Notes under the pieces: generated by a model
The model's database searches: none
Told to the model about the DNA's origin: nothing
The model's input: the letters and a program-made list of their open reading frames with translations, nothing else
Position numbers and translations under genes: made by a program
Part shown: positions 51,001 to 62,902 of the stretch, piece after piece
Position numbering within the stretch: position 1 is the stretch's first letter
Layout: every line of letters begins with the position of its first letter
Origin: Orbicella franksi
Lineage: Eukaryota
DNA length: 64,000 nt
Direction of reading: 5' to 3'
Assembly (NCBI GenBank): GCA_964199315.1
Contig: OZ116698.1
Span: 11,284,001 to 11,348,000 of the forward strand

Positions 51001-54000
51001 AGAAACTCTCCCATTCTTTATTAGTGACCAAGAAATTAGATTAAATCAGACAAAAAAATCATATTTTGCCTTGTTATATGTTCAACAGGCTTTTGCTTTT
51101 AAATGTATTAATTCTACCTGACAATCCCTTCAACAGGTTAGGGTGTTATTTATGAATCCTACTCACAAATCCATGGTACCCTGCCCTTATTTTTTGAATG
51201 GCAAATGCAGATTTGATGATGATGCTTGCAGGTTTGTTCATTCCACATTTTCTTTTAATCAAAGAGAAAATACTTGTGATCTGTCCTTGTATGAAAAGTA
51301 CATGAAGGCCAGATTAGAATGGTTTTTTTTGGCAGGTAACATGGGCTGGTAGGCTTAACACGATACCTGGTTAAAATATTTTGTTACAATAACTGTCTAA
51401 TTTCTCACGCGCTGATTGGCTCATTTTATCATCAATTGGAGTACAGACGGATAAAATTGAAATTTATGCAAGCTTTCAAGTTCAACTTTCAGCTGTCAAA
51501 CTGTCAACTTTTTAACCAATAAGATTTTACGGACTTTTTTAAGAAGCCAATTAAAGAGTTAGAAAAGCTATTGACCATGTTTGCGTCATTTTGAATAAAA
51601 TTCACTGATCTTTGTTTACGGCAAGTTTATGGCGTCTTTTCCCCTCATTTATTCCCTGCATTTGACCATTTTGGGGTCTTCTTATTGTAAAAAACAAATT
51701 GTTTACTGCAGAACCACTTGCCATGCGGCTAATTGTTCCACAGCCACTTTGACAATGTTATGATGCAATTTAACATCAATAAGAGGACAGACGCATAAAA
51801 AACTGACGTCAATTTGTTAAGTGGATTAGAAGGTTTTTAAATTCTGAATGAGGATCATTGAAGATTATTTATTTACTTGATAAATTCAGTCCTGAGCAAG
51901 GATACAGTGTACATTAAATCAACTTAAAGATACTGCCATTGTGCTTCATAGTGATTGTAAACACTTTTCCCCCTAAGATTTATCTGAGTTATTAGCTAGA
52001 AAGGAATTTCATTTGTCTTGATGCATTTACAGGTATTCTCATGGTTATTTATTAAGTGTGGAAGATTTGATGTCATTCAAAGAGCCAGACTTCAGGTAAC
52101 CATTGTTGTGTAGATAAGTTTCAATAATATTGTATTGATTTATAACTTGTAAAATATTAAGGTATCAATAAATAAATCAATTAACTTACAAGTTACAGTA
52201 CAGACCTTTAAGGCTATACTGTAAATGGACTAGTGAAATGTTGACTACTGGTACATACCATGATGTGTGCTATGTTTAAGTGTTGAGTAAGTTTGGTAAA
52301 TGGCACACTCTATGCCAGGAAGAAGGAGAAAATGGCAGAAAGTTCCCGCTAAATTAAGTTAATATCAAATGAATGGAAATTACAGAAAAAAGCTGACAGG
52401 TAGCTCGTAATTTAACAAAAGTAGCATTTAATTTACCATGATTTTTAAAAGCAATTAGTGATCGATTATTTAATTAATACCTCTCTTTCACATTTCTACC
52501 AAGCATACAGTTAGTATGTAACTATATTTTTTCCCTGGCCTGACATTTTACTTTGTTGTCTTGAAGCCAGGTGCAGTGTGGTCAGTCATGCTTGGCAAGA
52601 TATGACGATGGAGTCTGGTACAAGGCTACTATTCAGTGAGTATTTATATGAAGTCAAACGTGAGGTCCATCTTTAAAATATGGAATGAACAAAAATTTTT
52701 TTTCACAGCATGTTTTAAAGATGGTTTTAAAGATGGACTTAAATGATATCACTAAACATACCTACTGTGTTAAATGATATTTGGTCAAACTGAGTTGAGG
52801 AGTTGAAACGTTATATAAAGATCAAGCTTAAATTATACTCGTGTAGATTTACCAAATTCATTGGTGTCTTCTCTTGATCTAACAATGTGTCAACTTACAT
52901 CTGGCTAAGAACAAATGAAAGTCCCAGATATGATTGTATAGCTTGATAACCACATGGTGAAGTCTGCACATGAGCTAAGTGGCCCATCAGGCCAGAGCTT
53001 ATCCCAGTTTCTGTAGCATGAAGTGACTAGGAGTATTTCTACTCCCTCCCTGGATGGGATGCTAGTCCATCACAGTGTTACCCCCAGTGTTAAGTTTGCC
53101 GGTATCATTTATACACCTGGATGGAGAGGGACACTGTGAGAGTAAAGTGTCTTGCCCAAGAACACAACACAATGTCCCCGGCCAGGGCTCAAACCCGGAC
53201 TGCTTGATCGGGAGATGAGTGCACTAACCATGAGGCCATCATGCCTTCTGTTGATAAACACATGATGACCATACATTAATTTATGTATTTTAATTGTTTT
53301 CTAGGTCTATAGACCATGATGTGCACACTTTTGTTGTTCATTACGATACATACAACTCTGATGCCACGCTTCATGTAGATGGGATCCTTCCGTTAGGTGA
53401 GCTTGAAAAGGATGTCAAACAAAGTCAACTAAATTTTTCACAATACTCAGCAACATACAGTCAGGAGGCCAAAACCAAGACATTGTAACATAGTCTCATA
53501 AAATTCTGTCTAACTTTGAAATCAATTCTGATATGTAGTTTTGTGGTACACAGCATATTTGGGAAATACGTGATCTTGCCTTTTTTAATGTCTGCTTTTG
53601 GAGACAAGATCTAAAAAAAATCAATGCATCTAAACATGGGGTGTACTTCAAAAATATGCCACATCCAGTAGACAGTTTTGATTTTCTAACCTGGTTCTTT
53701 CATCACTAATGTTAATAAATATATATGTTGTAATTTATTATATATTGGAAGCAGGGCTGTCGTAAAGTTTTGATTCACCTGTAACCTTGGTCTTTACCTG
53801 TTACAGACTTGTTACTTTTGGTGGCTTTTATCATCAACAGGTCTCCTGTAGCATCAAGGGCCCACCAAGCATACCCAACTGTAATAGGTGTTAGAGGTTA
53901 TGGCCCTTTCTGACAGCCAGCTATGATATTGGAAGAAGGACATTTAATCGAGTCATGAAATAAATTAAAGTACATAAGTTTTGGATTTAGAAATAAGAAA

Positions 54001-57000
54001 AATCTTTAAGAGCTAGTGTACTATAAAATATTATTAATAACAACTGGCTGCTCTGAATTTTGAATGTGTCTTTTTTTCTAAGCGAAAACAAATTCCTTTG
54101 CAGATCAAAGAGACTCAGAGAATGTGTCAGACAATGATCTTTCAAGTTCCAGTGATAGTGAAGAAAGTAGGCTTACTGAAGACATTGATGAAGAGGACGT
54201 AGCAGTAGTGAGGTTGTCATGGAAACCATCAGGGGGTCCTGTGTGCCTCGGAGAATGGGAACAACACACAAAAGTAAGACAGCAATTTTATAGACCCCAA
54301 CTCCCTCCAAGTGAGGAACTAGGTTATTTGTGTGTGATAACTCTGGAAGATAGATTGATAGTTACCTATATTTAGTCAGGGTTTTTCATTCAGCATATAC
54401 AAAGTATAAAACTGATATCACTAGAGGTTCTTACTTAACAAATAAAGAAGCCTGAGCCATATATTACACTGTGATAAAACACAATGGGCATTTGAGAACA
54501 CAAGGGAAATGTAGACAACACGAGCTGCAGGCAAGTGTTTTGTTAGCGTTAACTGGAAGCCAGTTAATGCTAACCCAGGATTAAAGTTAACAGAAGTATA
54601 AATAGTTCTTATATGCAAATGTTTTTCACTGCTTTTGTTTTGTGTATTGTGAGATTATTCAAATTCAAACTCAAAACAGAAGGCCAAACAGTATACAGAA
54701 AACCTCCCCAAAAAGTTACAAAATTCAAATCAAAGTTCTCAGGAGCTCTGCTTTTATAATTAGGCTTGGCTAACTTAGATATTATTATTTTTGGAAATAG
54801 GGTGTTGTGCTGGACCCCTGGAAAGTAAGCAAAGGATCCAAAGCAGACTGAATAGAGTGGAAAATTAAAACGTTTATTAATAAAATACTTTCCTGTGTGT
54901 CCTGGTTAACGGAATGTACATAGCGCAAGGTCCCTGACATGCCAAAAACACACACCTCATCAATATTGTTAGTGGTGACATTCTATGTCACCAATGTATT
55001 CTACTGTGTGTCACATCTCTGAGGTTTCTCCAAGTTGTTTTGAAAAATGTTTGAAGTTGATACATCTTAAGTCTAAGCATTCTAAAGTTGACCCAAAGAC
55101 TTCTAAAGAAGGCTTTCAAACATTCCAAATTGACCTGAAGTCTTTCGAAGATTGACTTCTGAACAAGTTGAGCTGATGTCTTTTGACAAATTCCAAAGCT
55201 GACCCAAAGGCTTGCAAACATTTCCAAAGATAACTGATTCAGACGTATTTGAAGATAAACCAAGGATTTCTAGACTTTTCATTATTTGTACCAGTCCATA
55301 TTATTTTTGTTTTTTGTTGTTTCTGTTCAGGGGATTGGGTCAAAGCTTATGGCCAAGATGGGCTATATATTTGGGTAGGTATATACATTCAGATACAATA
55401 AGATTGTGTTGAGCTTGAAGATATCCATACCATTCCAGGTTTTTTTTTTCTTTTTCTTTTTTGCTGGATCCACTATCAGTCTAGAAATTCTAGTTTTAGG
55501 GCATGGCAAGAAAAGGACAGAATGATAGTGTTTCAAACCAAAAAAGGGCTCTTTTTACAAACATTTAAGTCTAGTGCTTATTACCAGAGTTTTGTGGCAC
55601 CTTAGGCATAGCAAGTTTTCAGTGTTGTGTATGTAACCTTGTGATAATTATCTGAGAGAAACTCAGTGTAGACTCACTGATATTGTTTTGATAGTAAAGG
55701 CCTGGGAAAGGATGGAAGTGGCATAGTGGAACCAGTAGAAGCAGTTGTTTTACCTCAAGGTAAAAATATTAAACATACAAAATTTTTGTATTTGATCTTG
55801 AATATTCATGGCCCAAAAGATCACATCAGTCAGTACATTCATTTATCAAAATAGACAAGTTAGAATGTCTGACTCGTCCACAAATTCAGCTCTATCTACA
55901 ATCATCAGCACTTTTATCTTTTGTCTTTTCTATGATGATTTTTACAGGAAAATCCCTTGATAAGATTGCAGAACTTAGAGAAAACAATAAACTACCTAAG
56001 CCAGGAAGAAAGAAAAGACAGAGACAAAGATCATCTAAAGTGAAAAATATTAAATTGCCAACAGAAGTATGTATAAAGCACACAATCATAGTTTCTTATG
56101 AACAACACAATGTGCATGTATTGTAGGTCTGATGGTCTCAGATTGGTGCTCAAGTTAATTTCAAATTGTTTCCTACAACAGCAGTGAATATTATTTACTT
56201 TTCTATTGACTTTGATGGTATTATGACTCAGGACTGTTCCTTGCTGACTGTCACTCAATAGAACCCTTGAGCTCACAGTCTAAAAAAATGTTAATCTACT
56301 TTGGAATTGGTGCAAACATTGCAGGTGGCAAGAGGAAAATATCAACTCACTTAGTAATAAAACATATATTGGACTTTTTCTTGACAGATGAATTATAGTA
56401 ATCTTACCAGTAAATAATTATAGTTATGTAATAAAACAATGTTTTAAATGCCTAGGTGCTGAATTGTTGTTGCAAATATTTCAGGGCTCACGTGGCGACA
56501 TTTTTGATTTTATTAACACAAAACTTGGGGGCAAGAGAGGTGAGATCTAAAGTACCATAATTTATCTACTCTTGACGTGATAACTTTAGCTGGTTTAGCC
56601 ACATTTAGTTTAAAACTAAGTAAAATGTTTGTCTCATCTTTGAGTAACGTTTGGTGTTATCGAATACATAACGTTAATATTTACATTTTTAGCTTAGCAC
56701 GTAAGTGAAAATATCATAGGACTGATTTTCAGGTCTTGCTTGATTCTCATGATTAAACGATGTATCCAAAAGAAAGCATTTATTTATTTAAAGGCACTGG
56801 TCTGGAATGTGCAGTTCCATTTATGGAAGGTACCTGGAAATTTCCATGGGGTGGGCTTAAAGGAAAGGATGAAGATAAACTGGGATTTCCAGAGGAGTGG
56901 AGGGGGGGTGTCAGTAATGGTTTTCACCTTCAATGAGGAGTATGAAAGCAACACATGCAGTTCTTTTCTCTTTCCAGGAAATATTCATGACATAAGAGTA

Positions 57001-58655
57001 CCACTTCCTGGAACAAGTGCAACTGACTTTCAGGTTAAAGAAACTGGAAAGAAAAAGAAAGGAGATGATAAAAATATAAACTGGAATTTACAGGTACATA
57101 GCAGCTTTACATAAACATAGCAAGCATATTGTTGAGCCAATATCTACCCTATTCAGTCACAACGTTAGGGGGGGGGGGGCAAAAATTGTTATCTTAGACC
57201 TCTAGGAGAGGGTGAGTAGCTAATTCTGGGAACAGGGAGCTCACTCATAAAAGTCCTGGAGATTGAGGTATCAAAAATCCAGGGCCAGGTTGTTCAAAGC
57301 CTGATTGAACTAACCCAGGATTAGCAATAATTTTATTTGTGTTGCATCTTTTTGGTGAAATTTCTTGTTTACATTGTTTGTCCTTTAGTTTTGAGTTCGA
57401 CGAATCTCAAACTACACAAAACATAAGCAGTGAAAAACATTTTTATACAAGAAAAATGATTATTTTGGTTAACTTTTAAACCTAGTGGGTTAGCGTTAAC
57501 TGGCTTTCAGCCCAGACTGTAATGTTGATTAGTGATGTGACAGTGCCAGCCAACAGCCATGGTCCAGAGGTTGACCCTTAAAGGGGGAAAAAAATGAAGG
57601 GTCAGGAGTATCCTTGGAAAATTACCTTGAAGGATCTTTTGGGAACTTGCAGGTATTGCATTGTGCTGATCAGCACTACATTTTCTTCACAACTCTGAAC
57701 TGACCTTAAAATGAATTTATTTAACAATATTAAAGGTTCGATGTTGAGTAGGCTTAAAGTGAGCTTTCAGCTTTGAATGAGCTATGTCATGGTTTGGGCA
57801 TCTTAATTCTTGAAAAGTTTAGCCTAAATTTTTCAAGTTCACTATTTGTGATCCGTGTTAATCTTCACCATCCCCATCCTTGTTCTTTCATGGCTTATTT
57901 CTATGGTGTTTCTCTATCTTAGTTTACTACTACTCTAAGTTTTCTTCAATTTAAAGGTAATTTTGTGTGTCGACAAAATAATTCAAAATATCGTGACTGA
58001 GCTTCTTTAAAGTGCCTATGAAGTAAAAAATAATTGCTGCTTATTTGAAAGGCTTTTCAAAGTAAAGAAGAATGGCATTGTCCTTTTTTGGAATATCTTT
58101 TTTTGTTTTAGAGATATTTACATTTTTGTATTATGCAAATGAGGAAAGTGATGATGTCATAGGCGGTTCTACTAAAACAGTACAGTCAATCAAGAATATC
58201 TCTATGTATCGTTGCAACCTGGATAGAATATATCAAGGATGTATGCAGTTAACTGTGCTAGTAATGTTTTACCTTCCCCAGCTGTTCAAGACACAGGAGG
58301 AAATATCAGCTGTCAAGAAGCAGCTAAAGAAAGAGGAAATGGCTCTAGGCAGACATGAAGAAAAGTTAGTTATGACATTCCTAAAACTGACAGTACACGA
58401 GTCCTCATATTATGACGATTTTGTTTGTTAATATTCTGGTCTGGATAACCCTGTGTAGGTTTTAATGACATAATGACTTAGAATAAAATTGATTGCTTTT
58501 GTATTTTTCTCTCTAGGGATGCCAAAGCAGCCTCACATTTTAGACAGAAAGTCACAGCCATCAAGGCACATTTATCACAGTTACACGAAAGAGAGAAAGA
58601 CATACAACAGAAGCTACATCATAAAAAGAATCACAGAAAACTCACTGTATTTTAG
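48090..58655 (+). CDS. ZGPAT: Zinc finger CCCH-type with G-patch domain protein
   Basis: Exons 48090-48137, 48455-48557, 48716-48819, 50350-50430, 50741-50824, 51137-51231, 52033-52095, 52567-52635, 53305-53396, 54104-54273, 55331-55374, 55695-55759, 55948-56066, 56485-56539, 56978-57093, 58282-58364, 58517-58655. Motifs: MDEELL; [25 protein letters not shown] (CCCH); Tudor-like [13 protein letters not shown]; G-patch [18 protein letters not shown]; [10 protein letters not shown]; C-terminal HRKLTVF*. Confidence 0.93.
48944..49644. mobile_element. MITE with TGCGTCAGTCAATTCCAGC TIRs, TAA target duplication and a nested insert
   Basis: TAA|TGCGTCAGTCAATTCCAGCTGTGCCCAT ... ATGGGCACTGCTGGAATTGACTGATACA|TAA; an AT-rich unrelated segment from ~49030 interrupts it. 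Confidence 0.78.
49759..49951 (+). repeat. Minisatellite, 3 x 64 bp
   Basis: TCTCCCTGCTATTTTTACCTCTCTGGGCAGCATC recurs at 49774, 49838 and 49902. Confidence 0.9.
51378..51820 (+). mobile_element. Same repeat family, copy 3 (diverged interior)
   Basis: Begins TTTTGTTACAATAACTGTCTAATTTCTCACGCGCTGATTGG and ends AAAACTGACGTCAATTTGTTAA. Confidence 0.65.
52971..53238 (-). mobile_element. tRNA-derived SINE with a CORE-like central domain, near full length
   Basis: Minus strand reads TGGCCTCATGGTTAGTGCAC...CCGGGTTTGAGCCCTGGCCGGGGACATTGTGTTGTGTTCTTGGGCAAGACACTTTACTCTCACAGTG...; a partial second copy lies at 2377-2489. Confidence 0.8.
57280..57508 (+). mobile_element. MITE fragment (GGGCCAGGTTGTTCAAAGC end); inverted relative at ~54540-54735
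   Basis: Both share CTAACCCAGGATTA, GTTAGCGTTAACTGG and AGCAGTGAAAAACATTT / AATGTTTTTCACTGCT in opposite orientation, in two ZGPAT introns. Confidence 0.6.
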
Positions 58656-58673
58656 CTAGAAAGTGAAGTGTAC

Positions 58674-58679
58674 AATAAA
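58674..58679 (+). terminator. Polyadenylation signal AATAAA, probably for ZGPAT
   Basis: AATAAA 19 nt after the ZGPAT stop, followed by T-rich sequence. Confidence 0.5.
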
Positions 58680-59731
58680 AAGCATGGTTTAAAATTTGTT
58701 TTGAAGTCATCTATTGGATTTGGTAAGGCCATCCCCATTAAAATGTTGTTTCCTACCACTAGACTGACCCAAAGAATTTTGCGGTTCATTGTCTGTTAGC
58801 TTGATTTGTTGGTGTATTCAACCCCTCAGGTACCTCTGACATTGAAATATCAGACATCACAACAATCAGTTTAGAACCTCTTGTAGTGTTAGCGAGTGAT
58901 ATCAGCTCATGGCAACTGGCCAGACACGGGAAGAACTTGTATGTTTTCATACTTTTTGTTAACTTATTCAGGCTTAATGTGCAAGACAACTTGACAGCGA
59001 ACTCACTTGTGGGAAAAGTGGGTGAGGAACATACTGGCAAAGGCTTGGAGGGGATAAAAACCCATTGACCAGATGGGGAATGAGGGGCTTGGTGAACATG
59101 GCCTGGAGGGGGTGCCTCATGTCCATACTGCAAAGGTGGACATAGAGACTAGTATCCTGGGCCAAACCAGTCCAGCAAAATCGATATGGTCTCTCTCTGA
59201 AGGGGCTTCAGCACTGGGCCGAAGGGGGGCTGCAGCCAGCAATTCCCTGACCCTACTTCATTTATTATGTACAAACTAACATACAGTAAGGGACAACAAA
59301 CATAAACTGGGAGGGAGAGATGAGTGCTGCTGTGATGAAACTTGCCACCTTCTGAGAATGTGAAAGTTGAGACTGCAGACTGCATTGATGACTGCAGCAC
59401 AATGATGGCAGCCTGCCAAACAGGCTGACAGATTGGGGCACAGAGTGTCATTTATCAAAACAAAACACACAAAACAAAGAATGGGAGATGCAAAGAGAGC
59501 TGATTCACAGGTTTGTTGCCACCCAGCAAAATAGAAAGAAAATCCCCTGACTGTAAAGCAATTTTCACTGCACTTGTAGGATGATTCCTCTGGCAATGAG
59601 TGAAGATAAGAGGTTGGTTTATAGATAATTTATAAAACATAGACATGCAAGACGTGCAAGAGTTATTTTTTTCTTGTGAAGTCTTGGAAATAGGTGCATT
59701 CATGTCAAATTAACCAAATCATTATTAACAG

Positions 59732-60820
59732 TAAGTTACAGTAATGATTTGGTTAATTTGACAAGTTGTTTTGGTTGCGACGTACAGCAAGAGAGAAACT
59801 GGGAATTTATGATGTACACAAGATGTTGCATCGCTAATGGTAAGATAGCTAAATAGTAAGCCATGAAATGTTTGACTGAACAAACTACAGTAATCTGACA
59901 CGTCTCCAGATTAATGCAGATACCATCTTATTTTTTTTCTTAGATTCGTTCTTTGATACAACCCACACTGTGATTTGTGTGACACCCGCACATGCATAAC
60001 TCACTCACCGATCACATAGCCCTTCCAACCCCCAAGGAATTTTTGCTCAAAAATACTCAGAGACGTTTTCGCATTTTATACGAGTCGTAAATTTTCGCTT
60101 TTTACACAACACAAACACTACTTCACTGAAAATAGAAAGAGAAAAAAAACCTCTCTGACACATTGAAAGTTTGATTTAATTGAATTGCACTTTAACTTGG
60201 TGCCTTATGAAAAGCAAGTGTGTCAAATTAGCCTTTAACTAAAAAATAAAAATATCTCATTATATTTGCATGCAACAAAAACAAAACAATCATCACCTGC
60301 ACTTACTATTGTAAACGTTAGAACTGTTTCAAATCTGAAGTCTCGTCTCCTCTAAAACATGTCCTAAGAACTAGAAGCGACGATTCCTGACCTCTAATTG
60401 AATTAACTCCTTGTGAAAAACAAAAGTATCAAGTTACCTTTGTAACTGAAAATAAAAATTTCTCGTTGCATTTGCATATTACTAACTCATGAACTGTTTC
60501 AAACCTCAAGGCTCATCTCATTTGTAACTAAAATCCTCAGCCTACCCACAGAAAATGTCAAAGTAAGCCCAATATATGAATACTTCCTTCTCTTTTATAG
60601 AAGAATAAATATGGCTGTTCTAAACTGTGTTGGGATCAAATCTTCTGACATGCCATCTACCTTTGCAAGAAATTTGATTGGCTGTTTATAGTAGATCCAA
60701 TCTAATTGGTGTGACACACATACATCTCTCACTCACTCACTGATCCATTGACACATCCATGACATACCCGATGCGCCAACTAAGAGGTAATTTTTTTACA
60801 AAAAGATAACTCAACAAAAA
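59732..60820 (-). mobile_element. Second, inverted, internally deleted copy of the 12330-14200 element (no TIRs seen)
   Basis: Reverse complement aligns by eye to ~12700-14095 (e.g. AAGATGGTATCT..ATTAATCTGGAGA, GAGTGAGTGAGTGAGAGATG, CTCTTAGTTGGC); it lacks roughly 13310-13610. Confidence 0.85.
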
Positions 60821-61927
60821 AGCCCAGTCCACAAAAAATTCTAACAAATAAAGGAACCTGAAGATAAAATTCCCTGACCTACTTCAAAATTCCCTCACTT
60901 TTCCCAACTGTTTCAACCCTGTTCCTGTACCAGTATGCAAAACAACATCAGCAGGTTGAACAACCCTTCAGTATGAGGAAATGAGTAATAAACTTGTACA
61001 ATGCAGGAATTAATGATGGAAAAGTGACCCAAGACTGAAAAACTATTTTTAAAAACCTCAAATAGCTGGTGCAAACCAGACATTTCAGGCTTAGCCCTTC
61101 TTCTGGATGTTTTAAGGGATGCAACCTATAGTCAGACTGTTACCCCACCACTCCCTTAAGAAAAACATTCAAATTTAGATGGTTGACAACGGCTACTGGA
61201 GAAAATGGTAAACAGACTTTCTATGATTTCAACAATCTATTAGACTGGCAATGAAAGAAAATTAAAATCATCAAATAAATGTTACTAGTGTTTATTTTAT
61301 ACAAAGGTTAAAAATGCAATAAATACAACTTCAAAGGAGACAACACATCTTCATGAATATCACAAAGAGTTACATGTATACATGATGGAAATGTTTGTCC
61401 CAACTTCATGCTGACAATGTTCAATTGCAGTGTGAAATTAAAATGTTCCCTAAGCAGACACAATCTCTTTCTCCAGATGAATATGCATAATGCACTTCAC
61501 TACAAAGATTGTTAAAATCTTGATATGAAAGGTCTGTCAAACTTGTCTACTCTAAGAATTAGAAAACTTGCATATTAGACAACTGTAACAATTGATTTTC
61601 AATCAAACTGTATAACTCCTGAAAGAACATGCCCGAGAATAATGTTCTGCCATTATCTAACTACAGAATATTGATCAGTAACCCAAAAAACCTACAAAAA
61701 GTTCTAGTCATGTCCCTGATCTCGGCATAAAGTCATAGAATCAAGTTCGTTCAGATTGTAAAGTATCTTGCAATAAAAAAAAATAACACATGTACAAGTC
61801 CAATCTAATCCAGCACAGCAAGGTGATCATTGGATTTCAAGTCACTGTCCGGTCACTAAAACACACCTTCATTTAACTACAGGTCCAGTAACAAAATATG
61901 TCGCATGAATCAGTGTTCAAAAACTCT

Positions 61928-62902
61928 TCAGTAAGGATGATATCCACCACCACCGCCGCCGCCACCAGCTCCACGCCCACGTCCACGCCTGTTTGGTCCA
62001 TAGCCAGAGGCCTCAGACCTGTAATTCCCCATATCATAGCCTCCACCATATCCACCACTGCCATAGCTACCACCACCATAACCACCACCACCACCATAGC
62101 TACTGCCACCATAACTGCCATAGCCATTGTAATCAAATCCACCACTACCACCATAACCATCGTACTCCCCGCCATAACCAGCATAACTGTAATCATAAGA
62201 TTGAGAAAAACCACCATGGTTTGCACCATAACTGCCCCCTCGCATACCTCTTCCTCTGTATTCACCACCGCCGCCACCTCTGGCACCTCTGGAACCTCCG
62301 CCACCTCTGGTACCTCCTCCACGAGCACCTCCACGACCACCAGCACCAGGCGCACCTAACTCCTCTGCTTTCTTCAGTTCAACACGCTTCGCTTTGATTG
62401 TGGCATTCCTGATGATAAATAGCTTGTCCACAACGTCTTCACTTTGGAATATTACAAATGCATAACCCTTGAATTTGTTGGTGTTTCTATCCCGCATAAG
62501 TTTAATTTGTTCTGGCTGATGGGAAGTGAAGATAGAGAGGACATTGGTGATGTCTTGTTCAGTGGCCTCCTCAGTCAGCCCTCCAATGAAAAGCTTCTTA
62601 GTAATGGCCTGGGCTAGGGGATTTGGATCATCTTTAGGGATTGCTCTCCTCATGAACACCGTCTGGCCATCAATGCTTTGCGGTTTGTCATCTAAGATGG
62701 TATCAATAGCTGCTTGGTCAGACAAAGTCAAAAAGGCAAAGCCCCTTGAATTACCTTGATTGTCTTTTACAATTTTACATTCAGTAACCTCTCCATATTT
62801 TCCAAAGTGCTCCACCAAACGATCATTTGTTGTTTCAGGCTTCAGTTTAGAAATGTACAACTTCTTGAGATCGGGATTATCTTGCCAGTTTTCAGCAGCC
62901 AT
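61928..62902 (-). CDS. hnRNP A/B/D-family RNA-binding protein (2 RRM, RGG/Gly-Tyr low-complexity tail, terminal HPY)
   Basis: Single 324-aa ORF with RNP motifs KLYISKL/SRGFAFL and KLFIGGL/FKGYAFV, RGG repeats and C-terminal GYHPY. A splice acceptor (ttttgtag) lies 12 nt upstream of the ATG at 62914, so there is a 5'UTR intron. Confidence 0.92.
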   Translation of the reverse strand: MAAENWQDNPDLKKLYISKLKPETTNDRLVEHFGKYGEVTECKIVKDNQGNSRGFAFLTLSDQAAIDTILDDKPQSIDGQTVFMRRAIPKDDPNPLAQAITKKLFIGGLTEEATEQDITNVLSIFTSHQPEQIKLMRDRNTNKFKGYAFVIFQSEDVVDKLFIIRNATIKAKRVELKKAEELGAPGAGGRGGARGGGTRGGGGSRGARGGGGGEYRGRGMRGGSYGANHGGFSQSYDYSYAGYGGEYDGYGGSGGFDYNGYGSYGGSSYGGGGGYGGGSYGSGGYGGGYDMGNYRSEASGYGPNRRGRGRGAGGGGGGGGYHPY

